64,000 nt of DNA, taken from assembly GCA_964016885.1 (NCBI GenBank), contig OZ024765.1:15190001-15254000 (forward strand), in the 5' to 3' direction. Below the pieces are notes generated by a model. It saw nothing but the letters and a program-made list of their open reading frames with translations, did no database searches and was not told the DNA's origin. Origin of the DNA: Eledone cirrhosa. Lineage: Eukaryota. Made by a program: the position numbers and the translations under genes. The first letter of the stretch is position 1. Each line of letters starts with the position of its first letter. Of this stretch, positions 12,760 to 24,547 are shown piece after piece.

Positions 12760-14405
12760 ACAAACCATACACCACACACGACAACCACAAAACATACACA
12801 ACAACCTCAAACCATACATCACACGCACAACAAACCATACATCACACACAACCACCACAAACTACACATCACACATAATAACCACAAACCATACATCATA
12901 CACAGCAACCATAAACTACACATCACACACACAACAACCATAAACCATACACCACAAACTACACATCACACATAACCACAAACCATACATCACACGCAGC
13001 AACCACAAACTACACATCACACATAATAACCACAAACCATACATCATACACAACAACCACAAACTACACATCACACACACAACAACCATAAACCAAACAC
13101 CACAAACTACACATCACACACAACAACCACAAACCATACATCGTACACAACAACCACAAACTACACATCACACACACAACAACCATAAACCATACACCAC
13201 AAACTACACATCACACATAACAACCACAAACCATACATCATACACAACAACCACAAACTACACATCACACACACAACAACCATAAACCATACACCACAAA
13301 CTACACATCACACATAACAACCACAAACCATACATCATACACAACAACCACAAACTACACATCACACACACAACAACCATAAACCATACACCACAATAAC
13401 ACATCACACATAACAACCACAAAAACAACCACAAACTACACATCACACACACAACAACCATAAACCATACACCACAAACTACACATCACACATAACAACC
13501 ACAAACCATACATCACACACAGCAACCACAAACTACACATCACACATAATAACCACAAACCATACATCATACACAACAACCACAAACTACACATCACACA
13601 CACAACAACCATAAACCAAACACCACAAACTACACATCACACATAACAACCACAAACCATACATCATACACAACAACCACAAACTACACATCACACACAC
13701 AACAACCATAAACCATACACCACAAACTACACATCACACATAACAACCACAAACCATACATCATACACAACGACCACAAACTACACATCACACACACAAC
13801 AACCATAAACCATACACCACAAACTACACATCACACATAACAACCACAAACCATACATCATACACAACAACCACAAACTACACATCACACACAACAACCA
13901 TAAACCATACATCACACACACAACAACCACAAACCATACACCACATGCAACAACCATAAACCATACACAACACACGCAACAACCACAACCCATACATCAC
14001 ACACACAACAACCACAACCCATACATCACACACACACCAACAACAAACCATACACCACACTGAACAACAAACTACACATCACACACAAAACCCACAAACC
14101 ATACATCACACACAACAACAAACTACACATCACACAGACAACAACAAACCATACACCACACACACAACAACCACAACCCATACATAACACACACAACAAA
14201 CCATACATCACATACAACAACAAACTTCACATCACACACACAACAGACTACACATCACACACACAACAACCACAAACTACACATCACACACACAACAACC
14301 ACAAACTAAACATCACACACACAACAACCACAAATCATACACCACACACAACAAACGATACACCACACACCCTACAACAACAAACCATACACCACACACA
14401 ACAAC
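12760..14405. repeat. CA-rich minisatellite (AACCACAAACTACACATCACAC / AAACCATACATCA)
   Basis: Direct tandem repetition. Confidence 0.95.
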
Positions 14406-14407
14406 CA

Positions 14408-16200
14408 ATGGTAGTAGTGGTAATGGTTGTGATGGTGGTGGTGGTAGTGGTGATGGTTGTGGTAGTGGTTGTGGTGATGGCTGTGATGGTGGTAGTGGTG
14501 ATGGTTGTGATGGTGGTAGTGGTGATGGTTGTGATGGTGGTAGTGGTGATGGCTGTGATGGTGGTAGTGGTAATGGTTGTGGTAGTGGTGGTTGTGGTTG
14601 TGATGATTGTGGTGATGGTAGTGGTGACGATTGTCATGGTGGTACTAGTGGTAGTTGTGGTGGTGGAAGTTGTGATAGTGGTAGTTGTGTTGGTGGTAGT
14701 GGTGATGGCAGTGATGGTGGTTGTGGAGATGGTGGTTGTGGAGATGGTGGTTGTGGAGATGGTTGTGATGGTGGTAGTGATGGTGGAGGTGGTTGGGGTG
14801 ATGGCAGTGGTAATGGTTATGATGGTGGTAGTGGTAATGGTTGTGATGGTGGTAGTGGTGGTGGGTGTGATGGCAGTAGTGGTGATGGTAGTGGTATGGT
14901 TGTAATGGTGGTAATAGTGGTTGTTGTGATGGTGGTAGTGATGATTGTGATGGTGGTTGGGGTGATGGTTGTGATGGTGGTTGGTGTGATGGTGATGGTT
15001 GGGGTGATTGTGGTGTTGATTGGGTTGATGGTGGTGGTGATGGTTGGGGTGGTGGTTGGGCTGATGGTGGTGATGGTTAGGGTGATGGTGGTGGTGGTGG
15101 TTGGGGTGGTGGTGTTGATGGCTGGGGTGATGGTGTGGATGGTTGTGGTGATGGTGGTGATGATTGTGGTGACGGTGGGGCTGATGGTTGTGGGGAATGT
15201 CGGGGTGGTAATGGTGGTGGTGGTTGGGGTGATGGTGGGGGTGGGGGTTGTGGTGAATGTTGGGGTGGTGATGGTGGTGGTTGGGGTGATGGTGTTGATG
15301 GTTGGGGTGATGGTGGTGGTGGTGGTTGGGGTGATGGTGTTGATAGCTGGGGTGATGGGGGTGATGGTTGGGGTGATGGTGGTGATGGTGGTGGTGATGG
15401 TTGTGGTGATGGTGGGGGTGGTGATGGTGGTGATGATGGTGGTTGTTGGGGTGATGGTGGGGGTGATGGTTGTGGTGAATGTTGGGGTGGTGATGGTGGT
15501 GGTTAGGGTGATGTGGTGATGGTTGGGTGATGGTGGTGGTGGTCGGGGTGATGGTGTTGATGGCTGGGGTGATGGTGGTGATGGTGGTGGTTGGGGTGAT
15601 GGTGGTGATGGTTGGAGTGATGGTGGTGATGGTGGGGGTGATGGTTGTGGTGAATGTTGGGGTGGTGGTGGTGTTGATGGCTGGGGAGATGGTGGTGATG
15701 GTTGGGGTGATGGTGGTGGTTGTGGTGATGGTGGGGGTGATGGTGGGGGTGATTGTTGGGGTGGTGATGGTGGTGGTGGTCGGGGTGATGGTGGTGATGG
15801 TTCGGGTGATGATGGTGGTGCTTGGGGTGATGGTGGTGGTGGTGCTTGGGGTGATGGTGGTGGTGGTTGGGGTGATGGTGGTGGTGGTGATTGTGGTGAT
15901 GGTGGTGGTGGTTGGGGTGATGATGGTGTTGATGGTTGGGGTGATGGTGGTGATGGTTGGTGGTGGTTGTGGCGATGGTGGTAGTGATGGTGGGGGTGAT
16001 GGTCGGGGTGATGGTAGTGATGATGGTTGGGGTGATGCTGGTGGTGGTGGTGGAGGCGATGCTGGTGATGATGGTAGTTATAGTGGTAAGGATGGTGATG
16101 GTGGTAGGGGTGGTGGTGGTGGTCGAGTTGATGATGTTGATAGTAAGAGTGTTAATGGAGGTGGTGGTGGTGGTGATGATGATGATGATGATGCTGCTGC
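14408..16200. repeat. GGT/GAT low-complexity tract
   Basis: Degenerate trinucleotide repeats. Confidence 0.95.
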
Positions 16201-16384
16201 TGGTGTTATTGCTGCAAGCATTGGTATTGATGGTAGTGATGATGTTGCTTTCTTGGCAAGTCAAGAGCCAGCTGGTTTAGTCGGCTGCCTGGCATGTTGC
16301 GGGGATCTTATTAGGAGACAAAGATTGCTTTCTCAGAATGTGAAAGCCAGTTGATTTACATGATAAAAAATATATATCTACATT

Positions 16385-16495
16385 GAAGCTGCTGTGTCAA
16401 AGTTGCAAATGGCACCTCAGGTGCCTTCCAAATCACACAGGTGTGAGACAGGGCTGCATTCTGTCCCCTATGTTTTTTCTCACTGACCTTTCACT
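16385..16495 (+). pseudogene. LINE reverse transcriptase fragment
   Basis: Translates (with one frameshift) to CCVKVANGTSGAFQIT/GVRQGCILSPMFF. Confidence 0.75.
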
Positions 16496-16616
16496 TTGTC
16501 ATGAGGAAATCAGCGGAAATCCATGCTCAGGCTCAAAGCATTAGTATCCAATGAACTGATTCTGAATAAACTGACATATTAGAATTTCACCAAAAATGTT
16601 GTATTATTGGGTAACA

Positions 16617-16807
16617 TGGGAGGTGAATTGGCAGTAGCGGTAGAGGGTTGGATGCCATGCTTTCTAGCATAGTTACATCCCATTACGGTCTGAGTTCAAA
16701 TCCCATCCAGGTTAACTTTGCCTTTCATCCTTACGAGGTCGATAAAATAAAGTACCAATAATGTACTGAGTAATTGCTGGCCTTGCCGCCAAAAGTAGAA
16801 ACAATTA
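16617..16807 (+). mobile_element. SINE family 1
   Basis: A/B boxes and family core present. Confidence 0.85.
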
Positions 16808-16844
16808 TTAGGGAACAACACAGTTGTATTCAATTTGGTTTTCA

Positions 16845-17200
16845 TGTCGACCCTTACTTATGGTCATGAATCTTGGGTAACGATTGAAAGCATATGATCG
16901 AGCACACAAGTGGCCAAAATTGGATTCCTTTCAAGTGCATTTGGAGTAATGTTACTTGCTTGATAAAGTGCATGGCTTGGAGATCAGAGAGTCACTCCAG
17001 ATAGAGCTGCTACTTCTTTGAATTGAGATATCACAGCTCCGATATTATGGACATGTGGTTAGAATGTCTCAGTAAAGAATCACTGGACAGATTTGTTGCT
17101 CTGGGTTCAGAGAGTCACTCCAGGTAGAGCCACTACTTCTCTGAATTGAGAGATCAAAGATCCGATAATGTGGGCCTGTGCTTAGAATGTCTCAGGAAAG
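16845..17200 (+). pseudogene. Decayed RTE-type LINE C-terminal fragment
   Basis: Translates to LTYGHESWV...LEIRESLQIELLLL*IEISQLRYYGHVVRMSQ, matching the RTE LLYGSETW...QLRWFGHVxRM region. Confidence 0.75.
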
Positions 17201-20200
17201 AATCTCTGAATTGAGAGATCACAGCTCTGATACTATGGACATGTGGTTAGAATGTCTCAGGAAAGAATCTCTGAATTGAGAGATCACAGCTCTGATACTA
17301 TGGACATGTGGTTAGAATGTCTCAGGAAAGAATCTCTGAATTGAGAGATCACAGCTCTGATACTATGGACATGTGGTTAGAATGTCTCAGGAAAGAATCT
17401 CTGAATTGAGAGATCACAGCTCTGATACTATGGACATGTGGTTAGAATGTCTCAGGAAAGAATCTCTGAATTGAGAGATCACAGCTCTGATACTATGGAC
17501 ATGTGGTTAGAATGTCTCAGGAAAGAATCTCTGAATTGAGAGATCACAGCTCTGATACTATGTACATGTGATTAGAATGTCTCAGGAAAGAATCTCTGAA
17601 TTGAGAGATCACAGCTCTGATACTATGGACATGTGGTTAGAATGTCTCAGGAAAGAATCTCTGAATTGAGAGATCACAGCTCTGATACTATGGACATGTG
17701 GTTAGAATGTCTCAGGAAAGAATCTCTGAATTGAGAGATCACAGCTCTGATACTATGGACATGTGGTTAGAATGTCTCAGGAAAGAATCTCTGAATTAAG
17801 AGATCACAGCTCTGATACTATGGACATGTGGTTAGAATGTCTCAGGAAAGAATCTCTGAATTGAGAGATCACAGCTCTGATACTATGTACATGTGATTAG
17901 AATGTCTCAGGAAAGAATCTCTGAATTGAGAGATCACAGCTCTGATACTATGGACATGTGGTTAGAATGTCTCAGGAAAGAATCTCTGAATTGAGAGATG
18001 CCAGCTCTGATACTATGGACATGTGGTTAGAATGACTGAGGAAAGAATCTCTGAATTGAGAGATGCCAGCTCTGACACTATGGACATGTGGTTAGAATGA
18101 CTGAGGAAAGAATCTCTGAATTGAGAGATGCCAGCTCTGATACTATGTACATGTGATTAGAATGTCTCAGGAAAGAATCTCTGAATTGAGAGATCACAGT
18201 TCTGATACTATGGACATGTGGTTTGAATGACTGAGGAAAGAATCTCTGAATTGAGAGATGCCAGCTCTGATACTATGGACATGTGGTTAGAATGACTGAG
18301 GAAAGAATCTCTGAATTGAGAGATCACAGCCCTGATACTATGGACATGTGGTTAGAATGTCTCAGGAAAGAATCTCTGAATTGAGAGATCACAGCTCTGA
18401 TACTATGGACATGTGTTTAGAATGTCTCAGGAAAGAATCTCTGAATTGAGAGATCACAGCTCTGATACTATGGACATGTGGTTAGAATGACTGAGGAAAG
18501 AATCTCTGAATTGAGAGATGCCAGCTCTGATACTATGGACATGTGGTTAGAATGACTGAGGAAAGAATCTCTGAATTGAGAGATGCCAGCTCTGACACTA
18601 TGGACATGTGGTTAGAATGACTGAGGAAAGAATCTCTGAATTGAGAGATCACAGCTCTGATACTATGTACATGTGATTAGAATGTCTCAGGAAAGAATCT
18701 CTGAATTGAGAGATCACAGTTCTGATACTATGGACATGTGGTTTGAATGACTGAGGAAAGAATCTCTGAATTGAGAGATGCCAGCTCTGATACTATGGAC
18801 ATGTGGTTAGAATGACTGAGGAAAGAATCTCTGAATTGAGAGATCACAGCCCTGATACTATGGACATGTGGTTAGAATGTCTCAGGAAAGAATCTCTGAA
18901 TTGAGAGATCACAGCTCTGATACTATGGACATGTGTTTAGAATGTCTCAGGAAAGAATCTCTGAATTGAGAGATCACAGCTCTGATACTATGGACATGTG
19001 GTTAGAATGACTGAGGAAAGAATCTCTGAATTGAGAGATGCCAGCTCTGATACTATGGACATGTGGTTAGAATGACTGAGGAAAGAATCTCTGAATTGAG
19101 AGATCACAGCTCTGATAATATGTACATGTGATTAGAATGTCTCAGGAAAGAATCTCTGAATTGAGAGATCACAGCTCTGATACTATGGACATGTGGTTAG
19201 AATGTCTCAGGAAAGAATCTCTGAATTGAGAGATCACAGCTCTGATAATATGGACATGTGGTTAGAATGTCTCAGGAAAGAATCTCTGAATTGAGAGATC
19301 ACAGCTCTGATACTATGGACATGTGATTAGAATGTCTCAGGAAAGAATCTCTGAATTGAGAGATCACAGCTCTGATACTATGTACATGTGGTTAGAATGT
19401 CTCAGGAAAGAATCTCTGAATTGAGAGGTCACAGCCCTGATACTATGGACATGTGATTAGAATGTCTCAGGAAAGAATCTCTGAATTGAGAGATCACAGC
19501 TCTGATACTATGGACATGTGGTTAGAATGACTGAGGAAAGAATCTCTGAATTGAGAGATGCCAGCTCTGATACTATGGACATGTGGTTAGAATGACTGAG
19601 GAAAGAATCTCTGAATTGAGAGATGCCAGCTCTGATACTATGGACATGTGGTTAGAATGACTGAGGAAAGAATCTCTGAATTGAGAGATCACAGTTCTGA
19701 TACTATGGACATGTGGTTTGAATGACTGAGGAAAGAATCTCTGAATTGAGAGATGCCAGCTCTGATACTATGGACATGTGGTTAGAATGACTGAGGAAAG
19801 AATCTCTGAATTGAGAGATCACAGCTCTGATACTATGGACATGTGGTTAGAATGTCTCAGGAAAGAATCTCTGAATTGAGAGATCACAGCTCTGATACTA
19901 TGTACATGTGATTAGAATGTCTCAGGAAAGAATCTCTGAATTGAGAGATCACAGCTCTGATACTATGGACATGTGGTTAGAATGTCTCAGGAAAGAATCT
20001 CTGATTTGAGAAATCACAGCTCTGATACTATGGACATGTGGTTAGAATGTCTCAGGAAAGAATCTCTGAATTGAGAGATCACAGCTCTGATACTATGGAC
20101 ATGTGGTTAGAATGACTGAGGAAAGAATCTCTGAATTGAGAGATGCCAGCTCTGATACTATGGACATGTGGTTAGAATGACTGAGGAAAGAATCTCTGAA

Positions 20201-20375
20201 TTGAGAGATGCCAGCTCTGATACTATGGACATGTGGTTAGAATGACTGAGGAAAGAATCTCTGAATTGAGAGATCACAGCTCTAATACTATGGACATGTG
20301 GTTAGAATGTCTCAGGAAAGAATCTCTGAATTGAGAGATGCCAGCTCTGATACTATGGACATGTGATTAGAATGT
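17138..20375 (+). repeat. 65-bp satellite, ~50 copies, derived from the adjacent LINE fragment
   Basis: Unit TCTGAATTGAGAGATCACAGCTCTGATACTATGGACATGTGGTTAGAATGTCTCAGGAAAGAATC; period 65 (17201 to 17266). Confidence 0.97.
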
Positions 20376-20567
20376 GGTTAGAATGGTGGTGGTGGTGGTG
20401 GTGATGACAGTGGAGATGGTGGTGGTGGTGGGGTGATGTTAGTAGAAAATATATGGTGTTAGTTATTAAAAGAAACATGTTTGTGTTTTTCCTCATCTAC
20501 CCCCTCCTCCCCCCTTCCCCTCTCTCCCCCCTGTTATTGTGTGATGCACTAAACAACTCAACTTATT

Positions 20568-23195
20568 CTATGTAATTGTTCCTATTGTTGTTGTGGTTGT
20601 TGTTGTTGGTGGTAGTGATGTTGGTGGTGGTGTTGGTGGTGGTGATGGCGGTGGTGATGTTGGTGTTGTTGATGTTGGTGGTGGTGTTGGTGGTGGTGAT
20701 GGTGATGTTGTTGGTGATGGCGGTGGTGATGTTGGTGTTGTTGATGTTGTTGTTGTTGTTGATGGTGGTGGTGGTGGTGGTGATGATGTTGGTGTTGCTG
20801 TTAATGTTGTTGGTGACGGCAGTGATGTTGTTGATGCTGTTGTTGTTGGTGGTGATGGTGGTGGTGGTGATGTTGGTTTTGTTAATGTTGTTGGTGGTGG
20901 CGGTGGTGATGGTTTTGTTGATGTTGTTGTTGATGGTGTTGGTGGTGGTGGCGGTGGTGGTGTTGGTTTTGTTGATGTTGTTGTTGATGGTGTTGGTGGT
21001 GTTGATGTTGTTGTTGATGGTGTTGGTGGTGGTGGTGGTGTTGGTTTTGTTAATGTTGATGGTGGTGGTTGTGATGGTTTTGTTGATGTTGTCATTGATG
21101 GTGGTGGTGGTGTTGATGGTGGTGGTGGTGTTGATGGTGGTGGTGGTGGTGGTGGTGTTGGTTTTGTTGATGTTGTTGATGGTGTTGGTGGTGTTGGTTT
21201 TGTTGATGTTGTTGTTGATGGTGGTGGTGGTGGTGTTGGTTTTGTTAATGTTGATGGTGGTGGTTGTGATGGTTTTGTTGATGTTGTCATTGATGGTGGT
21301 GGTGGTGGTGTTGGTTTTGTTGATGTTGTTGTTGATGGTGTTGATGGTGGTGGTGGTGGTGGTGGTGTTGGTTTTGTTAATGTTGATGGTGGTGGTTGTG
21401 ATGGTTTTGTTGATGTTGTCATTGATGGTGGTGGTGGTGGTGGTGTTGGTGGTGTTGGTTTTGTTGATGTTGTTGTTGATGGTGTTGGTGGTGGTGGTGG
21501 TGGTGGTGTTGGTTTTGTTGATGTTGTTGTTGATGGTGGTGTTGGTTTTGTTGATGTTGTTGTTGATGGTGTTGGTGGTGGTGGTGGTGTTGGTTTTGTT
21601 AATGTTGATGGTGGTGGTTGTGATGGTTTTGTTGATGTTGTCATTGATGGTGGTGGTGGTGGTGGTGTTGATGGTGGTGGTGGTGGTGGTGTTAGTTTTG
21701 TTGATGTTGTTGTTGATGGTGTTGGTGGTGGTGGTGGTGGTGGTGTTGGTTTTGTTGATGTTGTTGTTGATGGTGTTGGTGGTGGTGGTGGTAGTGGTGT
21801 TGGTTTTGTTGATGTGGTTGTTGATGGTGTTGGTGGTGGTGTTGGTTTTGTTGATGGTGTTGGTGGTGGTGATGGTGGTGCTGGTTTTGTTGATGTTGTT
21901 GATGGTGTTGGTGGTGGTGGTGTTGGTTTTGTTAATGTTGTTGATGGTGGTGGTGGTGGTGTTGGTTTTGTTAATGTTGATGGTGGTGGTTGTGATGGTT
22001 TTGTTGATGTTGTCATTGATGGTGGTGGTGGTGTTGATGGTGGTGGTGGTGGTGGTGTTGGTTTTGTTGATGTTGTTGTTGATGGTGTTGATGGTGGTGG
22101 TGGTGGTGGTGGTGTTGGTTTTGTTAATGTTGATGGTGGTGGTTGTGATGGTTTTGTTGATGTTGTCATTGATGGTGGTGGTGGTGGTGGTGTTGATGGT
22201 GGTGGTGGTGTTGGTTTTGTTGATGTTGTTGTTGATGGTGTTGATGGTGGTGGTGGTGGTGGTGGTGTTGGTTTTGTTAATGTTGATGGTGGTGGTTGTG
22301 ATGGTTTTGTTGATGTTGTCATTGATGGTGGTGGTGGTGTTGGTTTTGTTAATGTTGATGGTGGTGGTTGTGATGGTTTTGTTGATGTTGTCATTGATGG
22401 TGGTGGTGGTGGTGGTGTTGATGGTGGTGGTGGTGGTGGTGTTAGTTTTGTTGATGTTGTTGTTGATGGTTTTGGTGGTGGTGGTGGTGGTGGTGTTGGT
22501 TTTGTTGATGTTGTTGTTGATGGTGTTGGTGGTGGTGGTGGTAGTGGTGTTGGTTTTGTTGATGTTGTTGTTGATGGTGTTGGTGGTGGTGGTGGTGTTG
22601 GTTTTGTTGATGGTGTTGGTGGTGGTGGTGGTGGTGTTGGTTTTGTTGATGTTGTTGATGGTGTTGGTGGTGGTGGTGGTGTTGGTTTTGTTAATGTTGT
22701 TGATGGTGGTGGTGGTGATGGTTTTGTTGATGTTGTCGTTGATGGTGTTGGTGGTGATGGTGGTGGTGGTAGTGGTGTTGTTGGTTTTGTTAATGTTGTT
22801 GGTGGTGGTGGTGGTGGTGGTGATGGTGGTGGTGATGTTGGTTTTGTTAATGTTGTTGTTGATGGTGGTGGTGATGTTGGTTTTGTTATTGTTGTTGTTG
22901 TTGTTGCTGTTGTTGTTATTGCTGTTGTTACTGTTATTGTTGTGCTGGGATTTTGTTGTTGCTTTTTGATGTGGGTGTCGTTGTTGTTATGCTCTGTCAC
23001 CATTGTTGTTGTTGTTGGTGTTGTTATGTCTGTTATTACTGTTGTTGTTGTTTGCTGTGTTGCTGGTTTGTTGTTGTCGATGTTATTGCATCTACTGTTG
23101 TTATTGCTGCTGCTGCTACTACTACTACTGCTGCTATTGTTGTTGTTGTTTTTGTTGTGACAGTTCACTAGATTGGAAATCTGTCTGCTTGTCAT
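20568..23195 (-). CDS. Possible Pro/Thr-rich mucin/extensin-like ORF (875 aa); may be only a GGT/GTT repeat tract
   Basis: Open frame with a non-repetitive start MTSRQISNLVNCHNK, ATG in ACAATG context and a polypyrimidine-AG acceptor (TTTTGTCTTTTTAG|G) at ~23223; the body is trinucleotide repeat, so openness is weak evidence. Confidence 0.25.
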   Translation of the reverse strand: MTSRQISNLVNCHNKNNNNNSSSSSSSSSSNNNSRCNNIDNNKPATQQTTTTVITDITTPTTTTMVTEHNNNDTHIKKQQQNPSTTITVTTAITTTATTTTTITKPTSPPPSTTTLTKPTSPPPSPPPPPPPTTLTKPTTPLPPPPSPPTPSTTTSTKPSPPPPSTTLTKPTPPPPPTPSTTSTKPTPPPPPPTPSTKPTPPPPPTPSTTTSTKPTPLPPPPPTPSTTTSTKPTPPPPPPPKPSTTTSTKLTPPPPPPSTPPPPPPSMTTSTKPSQPPPSTLTKPTPPPPSMTTSTKPSQPPPSTLTKPTPPPPPPPSTPSTTTSTKPTPPPPSTPPPPPPSMTTSTKPSQPPPSTLTKPTPPPPPPPSTPSTTTSTKPTPPPPPPSTPPPPSMTTSTKPSQPPPSTLTKPTPPPPPSTTLTKPTPPPPTPSTTSTKPAPPSPPPTPSTKPTPPPTPSTTTSTKPTPLPPPPPTPSTTTSTKPTPPPPPPPTPSTTTSTKLTPPPPPPSTPPPPPPSMTTSTKPSQPPPSTLTKPTPPPPPTPSTTTSTKPTPPSTTTSTKPTPPPPPPPTPSTTTSTKPTPPTPPPPPPSMTTSTKPSQPPPSTLTKPTPPPPPPPSTPSTTTSTKPTPPPPPSMTTSTKPSQPPPSTLTKPTPPPPPSTTTSTKPTPPTPSTTSTKPTPPPPPPPSTPPPPSTPPPPSMTTSTKPSQPPPSTLTKPTPPPPPTPSTTTSTPPTPSTTTSTKPTPPPPPPPTPSTTTSTKPSPPPPPTTLTKPTSPPPPSPPTTTASTTSLPSPTTLTATPTSSPPPPPPSTTTTTSTTPTSPPPSPTTSPSPPPTPPPTSTTPTSPPPSPPPTPPPTSLPPTTTTTTTIGTIT

Positions 23196-23719
23196 TGTAA
23201 ATATTTATTGTCCCTTAAAATCCTAAAAAGACAAAACATATATTACTAACAGAAACTAAAATAATTGGGGAGCTGGGGTGTAGTGTTGGTAAGGGGTAGG
23301 GCAAGCAGGGATTGGTAAGACAATATCTACAACATATCACACAATATATATATATATATATATACACTATGAATTATGTCTATAGAATCATTTGATAAGA
23401 TATATATTCCATTTCCTCTCCCAATTAGCATAATCAACCACACAAAAAACCAATTAAACCAGACTATAAGATTAAAAGGCACCTATGAAGAAATAATAGA
23501 TAAATAAATGACAGCTATCTATTTGCGATCAACAGCTATAGAATATTTACCCACCATTTCAATACCACGTGAAAATCGATTAAATATATCGTCAATCATA
23601 CACAATTAGGTATAAAATTAAAGTTCGAAGAAAAATGCATATACACATATAGATATATATATTAATAGAGAAGACCCAACTTCCCAGCCAAAGCTGAAGC
23701 ATATAGGCAATGTGCCCTC

Positions 23720-24095
23720 ATCCCCTCACACTGCAAAGTGGTCGTGGAGTTATCACAACAAAAAGCACCCAGTACACACTGCAAAGTGGTCGTGGAGGTG
23801 TCACAACAAAAAGCACCCTGTACACACTGCAAAGTGGTCGTGGAAGTGTCACAAGAAAAAGCACCCAGTACACACTGCAAAGTAGTCATGGGGTGTCACA
23901 ACAAAAAGCACCCAGCACTCACTGTAAATGAGGTTGGCGTTAGGAAGGTCATCCAACTGTAGAAATCAAGCCAAAATCAGTTCATGTATGAGCAAGACAA
24001 GGCCAGCTGACCTAACATTGCCCACAACAGTACAACCCGTCTAACTCATGCTAGCGTGGAAGAATGGACGTAAAACGCTGATGATAATGATGATG
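23720..24095 (+). mobile_element. RTE-type 3' tail with internal ~50-bp tandem repeats
   Basis: Four units of CACACTGCAAAGTGGTCGTGGAG..ACAAAAAGCACCCAGTA, then GTTGGCGTTAGGAAGG and GGACGTAAAA followed by a (TGA)n-like tail; a similar tail follows the LINE at ~52130-52197. Confidence 0.65.
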
Positions 24096-24502
24096 CTATG
24101 TAAGACAATATATATATGCAAGTCCCGGGATCAATCAGTTTTTACCATAGTAAGGTACTACTCAATACATTAATAGAATGTATACAACAAATTTAATATA
24201 GATATGGCTTCTACAGGACTAGAAATGTTTGAATCGAAAGAAATCAGCAGGAAAGACCAGGCTTTTTTGTTTTACTTTTGTTTATATTTGTAGGAGACAT
24301 GGTAAAAAGGCTACCAGTCCACACAGTAAAAAGGGCCCTAGTTAACATGTTAATGTGATTGGTGTTAGGAAGTGCATTCAGTCATAGAAAACCTACAAGA
24401 TACAGACCCTAACATTTTCAAATTCGCATTATCCTCTTTATTAATATACTCCGCCATCCTTATGACGTTGAATGCTAGAAATTAATTGCATCCTTGTATA
24501 CC

Positions 24503-24544
<42 letters not shown>

Positions 24545-24547
<3 letters not shown>

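Noticed and set aside
17138-20375. CRISPR-like regular array
   Set aside because: No unique spacers, no cas genes, eukaryotic context; it is a contiguous 65-bp tandem repeat
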